The position numbers and the translations under genes were made by a program. Positions 36,974 to 45,476 of a stretch of 64,000 nt of DNA are shown in pieces. The stretch spans positions 96,001 through 160,000 of the forward strand of contig CAWJZV010000025.1 in the NCBI GenBank assembly GCA_963847445.1. The letters are read 5' to 3'. The number at the start of each line of letters is the position of its first letter. Position 1 is the stretch's first letter. Origin of the DNA: an uncultured delta proteobacterium (GTDB taxonomy: Bacteria; Desulfobacterota; Binatia; UBA9968). The notes below the pieces were generated by a model that was not told where the DNA came from, searched no databases, and saw only the letters and a program-made list of their open reading frames with translations.

Positions 36974-37051
36974 TTAGATTCGTCCCCTCAAGATCTGCAC
37001 GGCCAGCCAAGTGGCGACGATTACGATCGCCACAATCCAAAGTAAATTCAT
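36974..37051 (-). CDS. 25-aa membrane peptide MNLLWIVAIVIVATWLAVQILRGRI (copy 1)
   Basis: GGAGG RBS; frame conserved in second copy at 40041. Confidence 0.65.
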   Translation of the reverse strand: MNLLWIVAIVIVATWLAVQILRGRI

Positions 37052-37136
37052 TTCATCGTTACCTCCATCTCGTGTCCAACTCGTCGCAGTTTCATCCAAG
37101 GCTGATTGCGGCCAAGACCTTGCACCCCAAGTTGAA

Positions 37137-37364
37137 CTACGCCTTCTTGGCTCCGACCACCACCAAGACAATCCCGCCGACAAGCGCCAACCCGCCCAAG
37201 AGAGGGGAGAGCGGGATGGTCTTCTGGGTGTCGGCGGTGGCATGGATGGGACCGATATCGATAATCTTCTCGCGGCTGGTATAGGTGATGCCCTGGTAAG
37301 CAAAAGCGACGATTCCCAGAACGATCAGAGCGATCCCGACAAGCGTTATCGGATTGATGCGCAT
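37137..37364 (-). CDS. DUF3185-like small membrane protein (copy 1)
   Basis: LVGIALIVLGIVAFAYQGITYTSREKIIDIGP..IPLSPLLGGLALVGG. Confidence 0.85.
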   Translation of the reverse strand: MRINPITLVGIALIVLGIVAFAYQGITYTSREKIIDIGPIHATADTQKTIPLSPLLGGLALVGGIVLVVVGAKKA

Positions 37365-37400
37365 AAGAATCCATTCCTTGTCACAACGCCGAAATGGCTC

Positions 37401-37547
37401 CTAGACTCTGCGTCCCTGAACCAAATTGATCACTAGCATCACCAGGGCAATGACCAATAGGATGTGCACGAATCCACCCATCGTGTACGAAGTGACCAAT
37501 CCCAGCGCCCACAGGACCAAAAGAATCACAAAAATAGTCCAAAGCAT
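37401..37547 (-). CDS. lmo0937/DUF5670-family membrane protein (48 aa, copy 1)
   Basis: MLWTIFVILLVLWALGLVTSYTMGGFVHILLVIALVMLVINLVQGRRV; AGGAG RBS. Confidence 0.9.
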   Translation of the reverse strand: MLWTIFVILLVLWALGLVTSYTMGGFVHILLVIALVMLVINLVQGRRV

Positions 37548-37608
37548 GGTTCAACTCCTTTCTCTACTAATGTCTTCATTGGAACTTCTCCGTTTGGTAA
37601 GGCCAATG

Positions 37609-37626
37609 AGCAAGATTGATGCACAG
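37609..37626 (-). promoter_or_regulatory. Non-canonical sigma54-like promoter (TG at -24)
   Basis: Minus strand CTGTGCATCAATCTTGCT; same variant at 41682. Confidence 0.55.
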
Positions 37627-37676
37627 TTCTTCATCTCTGCAACTCGTTGACGCGACTTGAATTTATTTTTTAGGAA

Positions 37677-37723
37677 GTCGCATCGCTGACAATTACCCAA
37701 GGGTAATTTTGCGAGAATGCGAA
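37677..37723. promoter_or_regulatory. Tandem UAS pair, 31-bp spacing
   Basis: GTCGCATCGCTGACAA (37677) and TTTGCGAGAATGCGAA (37708). Confidence 0.7.
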
Positions 37724-37885
37724 TCTGCTAAGACTAGGCGAGCCGCTCAATTGTGTGAAACGCGGAGCTGAACAATTGGGTTCTCGTAATATCTACGCTT
37801 ACGCGGGCGGGGAATTGTCGTGCAAACGCCATTACACTTCTGGGCAATGTTCTGAGAATCACCGCGCGCATAAAAACATCTGCGC

Positions 37886-37901
37886 TGGCATGGCTTGTGC
37901 C
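37886..37901 (+). promoter_or_regulatory. sigma54 promoter with no clear downstream CDS
   Basis: TGGCATGGCTTGTGCC (GG-N10-GC). Confidence 0.6.
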
Positions 37902-38118
37902 TTTCCAAGGGTTAAGAAGAAAGCGTAACTGAATGAAAGGGGATTATCATGATACGAGCAAATGGTTCCTTAGGATGACGGGCGGGACCGCGTGATGATT
38001 GACGCGCAGCTAAAGCGACCTTTGAAATAACCAAAAAATAGCCAGCGCAATGAGAGTCGTGATCGCCGGTATAGTAAGCGCCATGCTGGTCGCAGGGAGA
38101 AAAGGCTATGGACCGAGG

Positions 38119-38140
38119 GGGCGGGGCAATTGCCCCGCCC
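38119..38140. terminator. Perfect 22-bp palindrome (terminator or REP-like)
   Basis: GGGCGGGGCAATTGCCCCGCCC, ~20 bp downstream of the minus-strand gene ending at 38162; no clear U-tract. Confidence 0.5.
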
Positions 38141-38161
38141 GCGAAGACGAGCGACGCGAGT

Positions 38162-38398
38162 TTACTTGCCCTTCGCCTCTTCGATCGCCTTGTCGACCTG
38201 CTTGCCGGCTTTTTCGACGGGTCCCTCGGGGTTGATCTTGTCCTTTGCAGCCTCGACCGCCTGGTCGACCTGCTTGCCAGCCTTCTCGACGGTTCCTTCG
38301 CGCTCGCAGCCGACACCCACTAACGCGCCACCCAGCACCAGCAACGCGCTAGCAACTACTCGGATCATTTTTTGTTGAACTCCACTGTATGTATTCAT
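38162..38398 (-). CDS. Small lipoprotein with internal EG-x-VEKAGKQVD repeat (LEA/CsbD-like)
   Basis: Lipobox GVGC; two copies of EGxVEKAGKQVDxA. Confidence 0.8.
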   Translation of the reverse strand: MNTYSGVQQKMIRVVASALLVLGGALVGVGCEREGTVEKAGKQVDQAVEAAKDKINPEGPVEKAGKQVDKAIEEAKGK

Positions 38399-38466
38399 GG
38401 ATTTTTTTCCTCTAGGAACAATAACCACGTTGGTTATTTGGCTTTAATTCTAAAAGATGTTGTCGG

Positions 38467-38658
38467 TCAGGCGTCCTTCACCTTATCGACCGCCTTCTCC
38501 GCGGCATCTTTCACCTTATCCACCACCTTCTCCGCTGCTACCTTCACCTTGCCCACCGCCTGATCGAGCTTCCCCTCTCGTTTCAAGCGTTCGTCATCCG
38601 TCAGCGCCCCCGCTGCCTCTTTGATCCGCCCTTTGATCTGGTCGGTTTTTCCACTCAT
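38467..38658 (-). CDS. csbD: CsbD-family general stress protein
   Basis: MSGKTDQIKGRIKEAAGALTDDERLKREGKLDQAVGKVK; AAGGAG RBS. Confidence 0.92.
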   Translation of the reverse strand: MSGKTDQIKGRIKEAAGALTDDERLKREGKLDQAVGKVKVAAEKVVDKVKDAAEKAVDKVKDA

Positions 38659-38859
38659 TGCCGTGCTCCTTTCGTTCACTGAGGCGCCCGCTCGTGCGCT
38701 CGCCTCGTGTGGTTGTGCGGCACCGGGCCGCGTAGTTAATAAGGTCCTGTCTTTGTGCAACTGTCTGTCATGTTTAACCCTTCAGCATTGTCCAGTATTC
38801 ATGCAGGCGAGCGGTAAGTGGCTGAGCGCGCTTGTTTTAGCGGACTATCGTCTCGGTCG

Positions 38860-39828
38860 TCAGCGAAGATTCTGGAAACCTAAAATTTGTGCCAAAATCG
38901 TCTCCAAGATGGAATAATTTCCGTTATCGAAGCGGCCATATCGATAACGGCTATTGTAACCATCCTCATAACCGCGCCGGAAGCCCTCACGGAAGTAGTG
39001 GTTGTAATCGGCCCGGCTTACGTAATAGCCGTTGTAACCGTAGTTTGCGTCCCGATAGGCATAAGAGTCTTTGTAGTTGGAACGCCAACGGTCGTCGTGG
39101 TCGGCTATGCCGGCGCGGAAGCCTTCTTCATAACCATACCTGACCGCTTGGCGTAGCGCCCGCGCGCCATATTCGTTGATTTGGTAGTACATGCCGCCGC
39201 GATTGTAACGATAGATCGGCGGGGTGTAAAAATACGGATCATTGTCGTAGTCGAACCGATGGTCCCGTAAATAGATCTGCTGCTGCCGTAGGCGCTCAAG
39301 ATACTCTTGCTGAAAGCGATACTGAGCCCTGCGCCTTTCCTGCTGTAGCCGCGCTGCATGCTCTCGGGCGAGACGCTCCTGCTGTTCCAAATGTAGCCGG
39401 TACTGCTCTGCCTGTTGTCGCTGCTCTTTGATCCGCTGTTGCTGCTGCTGCTGTGACAGACGCTGTTGTTGTCTCTGTTCCTGAATTTGCTCTTGCTTCT
39501 GTTGCTGCACGCGCTGCTGCTGGATTTGCTCCGATTGGCGCTCAATCCGCTCGCGCTGCTGCTCCTGCCACGCGCGTATTTCATTCCGCTCCCGCTCAGA
39601 TTCTCGCTGCGCTTTCTCCTGTTGCTGCTGCTTTTGCTCTTGCTCGGATTTTTTTTGCGCCCTGTCTTGCTGCTGGTCTTCTTTGCGTTGTTGCTGCTTT
39701 TCGTCCTTTTCACGTTTTTGCTGTTCTGGCGATTGTCGCTGGCCATCGGCCGCTATGCCGATCCCCGCCAATGACAGGGTGCTGATAACCAGCGCCATCG
39801 CGAGCTGATCCCGAATATTAAGTTTCAT
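38860..39828 (-). CDS. Exported Gln-rich coiled-coil protein with Tyr/Gly-rich C-terminus
   Basis: Signal peptide; poly-Q/E/R tract; GYEEG and GFRRGYEDGY motifs; GGAGGAG RBS. Confidence 0.85.
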   Translation of the reverse strand: MKLNIRDQLAMALVISTLSLAGIGIAADGQRQSPEQQKREKDEKQQQRKEDQQQDRAQKKSEQEQKQQQQEKAQRESERERNEIRAWQEQQRERIERQSEQIQQQRVQQQKQEQIQEQRQQQRLSQQQQQQRIKEQRQQAEQYRLHLEQQERLAREHAARLQQERRRAQYRFQQEYLERLRQQQIYLRDHRFDYDNDPYFYTPPIYRYNRGGMYYQINEYGARALRQAVRYGYEEGFRAGIADHDDRWRSNYKDSYAYRDANYGYNGYYVSRADYNHYFREGFRRGYEDGYNSRYRYGRFDNGNYSILETILAQILGFQNLR

Positions 39829-40040
39829 GATACTCCTCCGAATGCTTAAGGCGCGTAACTTCTAGATCACGCGAAGTTATGTTTGTTTCTACGAGTCGCT
39901 ATATCTTGATGAAGATGCTTTTGATCCCCAGGAGGGTTACAGGAGCAGTACACTTCTCCAGCGGCCTGGTCGGTGATTTTTTGTGCACGCGACCAACCGC
40001 GCCGGGTGACGTGCCTCTATTGCACGCTAGACCGTTCTCG

Positions 40041-40118
40041 CTAGATTTGTCCCCTCATGAACTCCACGGCCAGCCAAGTGGCGACGATTACGATCGCCAA
40101 TATCCAAAGTAGATCCAT
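40041..40118 (-). CDS. 25-aa membrane peptide MDLLWILAIVIVATWLAVEFMRGQI (copy 2)
   Basis: Same length and frame as copy 1, conservative substitutions, GGAGG RBS. Confidence 0.65.
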   Translation of the reverse strand: MDLLWILAIVIVATWLAVEFMRGQI

Positions 40119-40201
40119 TTCTCTTACCTCCATCTCGTGTCCAACTCGTCGCAGTTTCATCCAAGGCTGATTGCGGCCAAGACCTTGCACCCCAAGTTGA
40201 A

Positions 40202-40429
40202 CTACGCCTTCTTGGCTCCGACCACCACCAAGACAATCCCGCCGACAAGCGCCAACCCGCCCAAGAGAGGGGAGAGCGGGATGGTCTTCTGGGTGTCGGC
40301 GGTGGCATGGATGGGACCAATATCGATAACCGTCTCGCGGCTGGTGTAGGTGATGCCCTGGTAAGCAAAAGCGACGATCCCCAGAACGATCAGAGCGATC
40401 CCGACAAGCGTTATCGGATTGATGCGCAT
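40202..40429 (-). CDS. DUF3185-like small membrane protein (copy 2)
   Basis: Differs from copy 1 at 2 of 75 aa. Confidence 0.85.
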   Translation of the reverse strand: MRINPITLVGIALIVLGIVAFAYQGITYTSRETVIDIGPIHATADTQKTIPLSPLLGGLALVGGIVLVVVGAKKA

Positions 40430-40465
40430 AAGATTCCTTTCTTCGTCAGAACGCCGAGATCGCTA

Positions 40466-40612
40466 CTAGATTCTGCGTCCCTGAACCAAATTGACCACTA
40501 GCATCACCAGGGCAATGACCAATAGGATGTGAACGAATCCACCCATCGTGTACGAAGTGACCAATCCCAGCGCCCACATGACCAAAAGAATCACAAAAAT
40601 AGTCCAAAGCAT
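40466..40612 (-). CDS. lmo0937/DUF5670-family membrane protein (copy 2)
   Basis: Differs from copy 1 at 3 of 48 aa. Confidence 0.9.
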   Translation of the reverse strand: MLWTIFVILLVMWALGLVTSYTMGGFVHILLVIALVMLVVNLVQGRRI

Positions 40613-40654
40613 GTTTCAACTCCTTTCTATAAAGAACTCACCCTGTCGGGTTTC

Positions 40655-40954
40655 CTATCCGCCCAATGTCTCTCGCCGTTCTTGCTTTTCAACCTTCTCT
40701 TGGGCCTCCGCAGCGGCGTCACCTGAGCAGCAACCATGGCTCAAAAGTTCCTTGCCTTTTTCGACGATTGCTTCGCTGGTCTCGCGCAGCTTGTTGCTCT
40801 GCTGACTTAGGTAGTCGAGGGCCTCAGTGCTGCGCTCACGAAGCAATTCCCGGGTCTCTTTACGCGCGAGCAGCGCGGCCACCAGCGCACCGATGGCCCC
40901 TAAACCCAGACCGATCAGCAATAAGGAGAATCTAGATTCACCGTTGGTTCTCAT
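40655..40954 (-). CDS. YtxH-like protein
   Basis: LLIGLGLGAIGALVAALLARKETRE TM followed by amphipathic helix. Confidence 0.78.
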   Translation of the reverse strand: MRTNGESRFSLLLIGLGLGAIGALVAALLARKETRELLRERSTEALDYLSQQSNKLRETSEAIVEKGKELLSHGCCSGDAAAEAQEKVEKQERRETLGG

Positions 40955-41001
40955 CCGTTTATCCTCCTCTCTTGTTACGCTCACGCCGATACCGTCTGTC
41001 T

Positions 41002-41313
41002 CTAACGCTTGATCACTTGCAGGTTATTGACGACCTGTCTGACGCCCTTTACCTGCCCGGCAACCGTTCCAGCGCGCGACTTCTCCTGGGCGGTCTCGAC
41101 TTCGCCGGTAAGGACGACAATGCCGTTGTTGGTCTCGACGCCCACACGGGTCAGGGTGTTAACCCGCTCTCCTGCGAGTGCGGTCTTCACATAGGTCGTC
41201 AGGGTGCCGTCATCGATGTTCTGTCCCGCGGTCTCACCGGTCATGGCTTGGCAGCCGGCTATCAAGAGTAGAAATGCCACCATCGCGGTAAACTTTTTCA
41301 ATGCCCGTATCAT
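41002..41313 (-). CDS. BON-domain (OsmY-like) lipoprotein
   Basis: Lipobox IAGC; DDGTLTTYVKTAL..VETNNGIVVLTGEV..VKGVRQVVNNL. Confidence 0.92.
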   Translation of the reverse strand: MIRALKKFTAMVAFLLLIAGCQAMTGETAGQNIDDGTLTTYVKTALAGERVNTLTRVGVETNNGIVVLTGEVETAQEKSRAGTVAGQVKGVRQVVNNLQVIKR

Positions 41314-41404
41314 AAATAACTCCTTTTCCCTGTTACTTGTTTCTTGGTTACCCGCTCGATTCGCTTAAACGAACAGAACGGATATGCGAAAATCTCCTCG
41401 GCCG

Positions 41405-41632
41405 CTAGTAAATGAGCGATCCTGACTCGATCTGTTTCTTACGCTCTTCGTATTCTCGACGCGATATTCTTTCGGCTTTGTAGTCCTCCTCGAGCTGCTG
41501 CATCTCGCGATAGGCGTTATATTCGTAAGCCGCTCCTGTTCCGCCAGCCCCCACCGCTGCTCCACCCAAGAATGCGCAACCGCTTTGACCGAGAGCTACT
41601 AGCATCACTAACAGCAACATTAATTTTTTCAT
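41405..41632 (-). CDS. Small glycine-zipper lipoprotein
   Basis: Lipobox QSGC; GGAAVGAGGTGAAYEY; strong AAGGAGGAGG RBS. Confidence 0.8.
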   Translation of the reverse strand: MKKLMLLLVMLVALGQSGCAFLGGAAVGAGGTGAAYEYNAYREMQQLEEDYKAERISRREYEERKKQIESGSLIY

Positions 41633-41681
41633 TTTAGACCTCCTCCTTAGTTAGGTCTTGCGCCTCTGGAAATTTACCTAA

Positions 41682-41699
41682 TGCAATTTCGATGCACAG
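41682..41699 (-). promoter_or_regulatory. Non-canonical sigma54-like promoter (TG at -24)
   Basis: Minus strand CTGTGCATCGAAATTGCA. Confidence 0.55.
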
Positions 41700-41749
41700 G
41701 TTTTGATGATTGGATTTGCGCGGTTCTCACGATGTTTATGTTCTGGGAT

Positions 41750-41796
41750 TTTTCATTCTTGGCAATTATGAGGGGGACGATTCGCAAGGTTGGAAA
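41750..41796. promoter_or_regulatory. Tandem UAS pair, 31-bp spacing
   Basis: TTTTCATTCTTGGCAA (41750) and TTCGCAAGGTTGGAAA (41781). Confidence 0.65.
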
Positions 41797-41868
41797 ATTT
41801 TACAGTTCAAGTAGTCACGGTCAGGGTGAAAACCGCGTGCAATCGAACCTGCTAATGCGCCGTAGGCG

Positions 41869-41884
41869 TGGCACGTCCGTTGCT
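41869..41884 (+). promoter_or_regulatory. sigma54 promoter (full consensus)
   Basis: TGGCACGTCCGTTGCT. Confidence 0.85.
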
Positions 41885-41922
41885 CAATTGCTTCAGTAGA
41901 GAAAGGAGCTACCGAGATCGTT

Positions 41923-42538
41923 ATGAGCGATGGTTTAAACAGCGCTGGTGATTCAAACTTCTACAAGCGACGCATGATCAGATTAGCGGCGCCGGTGTTG
42001 CTGTTTTTCATTCTGTTTTCTGGCTGCGGGATACCGGTTTCGCGAACGACGATTATTCCTAAAGGAGTTGCGGAAAGCCCAGAACACTTAATGGCAAAGC
42101 TCGATTTGCTGAAAACGGGAATGGAAATCGGCGAAGTGTTTGAACTGCTCGATATCAAGCGAACCACACCAGGGGTGCGGGAATTCGTGACCGCTGAAGA
42201 AAAACAAAGACTCTTGTATGGCGCCAGCCAGATGATCGGCTCTCCAAACGAACTCGAACAATTCCGGGGTCACCTGGGCAAAGCATCGAATTTTCGAAAT
42301 AAAGTTCCGCGATATTGAGAATCGTTTGCTTTTCGATTCCGCTGTTTCTGTGCTCACCACGAAAGCCGGGCCGGATTTCATCAGCTATGTGGTCTTTTAT
42401 GAAGGCAAGCTGATCAATCCGCCGAGTAAGCCTGACAATTTCTATCAGGAAGAGGCGACAAGGATTTATATAAGCGACTTGTTCGGAACCATTTTCAGGG
42501 TTGGGGCGACACGAGGAGTCGGTTCGCTCGGCAACTAG
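41923..42538 (+). CDS. Hypothetical lipoprotein (frameshift near 42290)
   Basis: Lipobox FSGC; ORFs 41923..42318 and 42326..42538 join; AAGGAG RBS. Confidence 0.7.
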
Positions 42539-42833
42539 AATTTGCCGTACTAGCGGCGCTTTCGTGGGAGTTCAAAGTACCCGGTCTCAACAGTCATCAC
42601 GTTGGAGCACTTTCACCGGTGCTGAGCAAATTGAAACCACTGATCAGGCGCAAAACGGATAGCTATATTCCGTTCATCCCGAGCGCTGCTGCGCCGATGA
42701 GAAAACCCCTGGTGTTTTTGCGCGCCACTGCTCGCTGCAAAAAAGTCGCCGTAGAGCGTTTTGCAGCTGCTATCGACTACCGCTTTGAGGCACCAATTTG
42801 GGCGTGTCAGTGTCACTCTTGGCCGGACCGATG

Positions 42834-43685
42834 CTACGCATGGGCACGTAAATAACCGAAGGCCGGCGCGGGTTTGGCCTGGTGATAGAAATCCATGAGT
42901 TGGTACACTCGCCGTGGCATGTCGGTGCTTACCGGAAAGCCCAACTTTTGCGCGGCTTGCACGGTAATCGGAAAGTCATGGGTCCAGCGGCCTTCGCTCA
43001 ACACGACTGCCAGTTCCTCGGCCTTTTTACGGGGCAGGCGCTTAGTCAAAATATCCGCGATAAAGCTGGCTACCTGCACCCGGGCTTTCACCGCCATATC
43101 AGCTATCATCAACGTTTCGTCGCTCGCGGTGTGCTTTTTTATCTCAACGACCTTGAGAATAGATGAAGCAGCGACTTCGCCGATTTGCGGATCGACGGGC
43201 CCGAGCACGGCGTTGCGATCCATGACGATCTCGGCGGCCGCCAATGCGATCATCGTGCCGCCACTCATCGCATAATGGGGAATGAACACAGTGACCTTAC
43301 CCTTATGCTCGGAAAGCGCCTTGGCAATTTGCTCAGCGGCCAGCACGAGCCCGCCGGGCGTGTGCAGGATCAGATCGATCGGCTGCTCGTCAGGAGTAAG
43401 TCGAATCGCGCGCAAGACTGCTTCAGAGTCTTCGATGTTGATGTAGCTTGACACTTGCACGCCGAAGATACTCTGGCTGTCCTGCCTGTGGATGAGCGCA
43501 ATCACCCGCGACTTACGCTCGCTCTGAAACTGATCGAAGACGCTATCGCGCGCTTTCTGGGTGGTGTCGCGCTGGCCGAATACTTGAAGCAGCACCACAC
43601 CGGTAAGCACCAGCCAGAAAATCATACGTGCTGTTTGCGCGAGCTTGAACCAGATACTCGTTCTGGCCTGGGTTTCACTAGTCAT
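42834..43685 (-). CDS. SDH/ClpP-fold membrane serine protease (DUF114-like)
   Basis: LHTPGG, AMSGGTMIALAA, LGPVDPQI, WTHD. Confidence 0.88.
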   Translation of the reverse strand: MTSETQARTSIWFKLAQTARMIFWLVLTGVVLLQVFGQRDTTQKARDSVFDQFQSERKSRVIALIHRQDSQSIFGVQVSSYINIEDSEAVLRAIRLTPDEQPIDLILHTPGGLVLAAEQIAKALSEHKGKVTVFIPHYAMSGGTMIALAAAEIVMDRNAVLGPVDPQIGEVAASSILKVVEIKKHTASDETLMIADMAVKARVQVASFIADILTKRLPRKKAEELAVVLSEGRWTHDFPITVQAAQKLGFPVSTDMPRRVYQLMDFYHQAKPAPAFGYLRAHA

Positions 43686-44772
43686 GGTTCTGTGAGAGCC
43701 TTAAGGCGCCAAAGCTAACCAGTTTTTTCTGGTCTTCGTCGTACAGACTCAGCCACGCCGAATTGAGGCTGGTACGGATAGTCAACGGTTCGACTGCCTG
43801 GAACGCCGGGACGTTATCGTAACAGCGCTGCAGATTGTAATTGGGAATAGTCGGCCGGGCGTGATGAATATGATGCAGACCGATGTTGCCGGTGAACCAC
43901 TGGAGAATTTTCGGCAGCTTCAAATAGGAGCTGCCTTGCAGTGCTACTCTCGCCGGATCCCAAGATTCATGGCGCGCCCAATAGACGTTCTCAAACTGGT
44001 GCTGGAGATAGAACAACCACAAGCCCAAAGAGCCGGCAATCGCGATCACGGGAAACTGAATCAACAGATATGTCCTTAGACCGATCGTTAAACTCGCGAC
44101 AACGACAACGAGCAGAATCGCCAGGTTAGTGAACGCCACACTGATGCGCTCGCGCTTTTTGGCAGCGTTGCTGGAAAATCGCTGAACGAACAAAAACAGC
44201 AGTACCGGACCGGGAATAAACAGGATGAACGGATTGCGATAGATTCGATAGGCGAGCCGCTTGCGTCGGGGCGCGGCCAAATATTCCTCTGTCGTCATCG
44301 TCCAAATATCGCCGGTGCCGCGCCGGTCGAGGTCGCCGGCCGTGGCGTGATGCACGGCGTGAGTATAGCGCCAGTCTGCAAACGGTGTAAAAATCAAGAT
44401 GCCTGAGATATAACCCAGGATTGTATTTGCCCGCCGGGATGGCAAGAAAGAACCATGACAACAGTCATGGAACAAAATAAAAATACGGACAAGGAGTCCT
44501 GCCGCGATCACGGCCAAAGCCAGAGTGATCCAATAGGGATACTCCTGCCGCACGGCATGGAGCATTAAAGCCCAGAGGACACCATAAGGAATAAACGTGT
44601 CGAGGAGTTGCCAGCACGCTTTTCGGAAATTCGCCTGAGCGTACTTGCGCGTGATCTCCGATAAATCGTAATTGGATGGCTTAGCTTTTCCCGAGTCGTC
44701 AGCCGTGCGATCTCTAACGACTTCAGGAATCGGCTGGCCGACCAGCACGTCTTGATTCACGACAGTGCCCAC
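43678..44772 (-). CDS. des: Membrane fatty-acid desaturase (Bacillus Des-like)
   Basis: His boxes HDCCH, HAVHH, HHIHH; FYLQHQFE. Confidence 0.92.
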   Translation of the reverse strand: MGTVVNQDVLVGQPIPEVVRDRTADDSGKAKPSNYDLSEITRKYAQANFRKACWQLLDTFIPYGVLWALMLHAVRQEYPYWITLALAVIAAGLLVRIFILFHDCCHGSFLPSRRANTILGYISGILIFTPFADWRYTHAVHHATAGDLDRRGTGDIWTMTTEEYLAAPRRKRLAYRIYRNPFILFIPGPVLLFLFVQRFSSNAAKKRERISVAFTNLAILLVVVVASLTIGLRTYLLIQFPVIAIAGSLGLWLFYLQHQFENVYWARHESWDPARVALQGSSYLKLPKILQWFTGNIGLHHIHHARPTIPNYNLQRCYDNVPAFQAVEPLTIRTSLNSAWLSLYDEDQKKLVSFGALRLSQNHD

Positions 44773-44788
44773 AGTGGAACGCGATCAT

Positions 44789-45091
44789 CTATCCGCCCAC
44801 GCCTTCGCGCTTTTCTTCTTCGTAAGCCTGCCTTTCGCCTTCGGCACGGGACTGCACCGACTCGTGGCCTTGGCAGGCAATGAAGTTTCGGCCTTTTTTC
44901 ACGGCTGCTTTACTGCTCTCTCGAAGCTTTTGTCCTTGCTCCTTGAGGTAATCAAGGCTCTTGGCTCCGCGCTCCAGTACTTTCTCACGCGTCTCTTTGC
45001 GCGCCAGCAGCGCAGCGATGAGCGCACCGACGGCGCCGATGCCAATGCCAACTAGCAAGGTGGGGATTCTAGGTTCAGCTTCGGTTCTCAT
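44789..45091 (-). CDS. YtxH-like protein (paralogue of 40655)
   Basis: LLVGIGIGAVGALIAALLARKETRE; aligns with 40655..40954 over its length. Confidence 0.78.
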   Translation of the reverse strand: MRTEAEPRIPTLLVGIGIGAVGALIAALLARKETREKVLERGAKSLDYLKEQGQKLRESSKAAVKKGRNFIACQGHESVQSRAEGERQAYEEEKREGVGG

Positions 45092-45180
45092 GTCTCTTCT
45101 CCGTCGGGCGTTTTCGTTTAAACATGACCGCCCTGAACATGTTCAGCTTTTCCTCCGCTGAATATCGCAAAACATATGCC

Positions 45181-45437
45181 TCAGACTGTCGGCGAATTGG
45201 GCAAAAACTCAAGCCGGCGTAGCCGTTGGTAAAAGCGCGCTTGCCAGTAGCTGACATCATCGCCGTATGCGTCCAGCCGGTTGGGCCACCGCCGCGGCGA
45301 CGCGCTCGAACATGCCGTCGGGCTGTCTCGATCAGCGCGCCGTTACCGTCGCGCCGCAGATAACGCTGGCGCAGAACTTCCATGGCGGTTCGGAAAGCCG
45401 CTGGCGGTTCAGGCTCAGCTCGCGTCGACACTGACAT
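45181..45437 (-). CDS. Stand-alone ribonucleotide reductase N-terminal domain mini-protein (or nrd remnant); 2 frameshifts
   Basis: Reconstructed EVLRQRYLRRDGNGALIET-PDGMFERVAAAVA..AYGDDVSYWQARFYQRLRRLEFLPNSPTV-stop matches the NrdJ/NrdA N-terminus. Confidence 0.72.
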
Positions 45438-45476
45438 GGCCTGCAAAGATTTCTCCTTGTCCGATAGCTTGGCTGA

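Larger units (their letters stand above)
36974..37562. repeat. ~590-bp direct repeat, copy 1
   Basis: Near-identical to 40041..40628, including the intergenic spacers. Confidence 0.95.
40041..40628. repeat. ~590-bp direct repeat, copy 2
   Basis: Matches 36974..37562. Confidence 0.95.
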
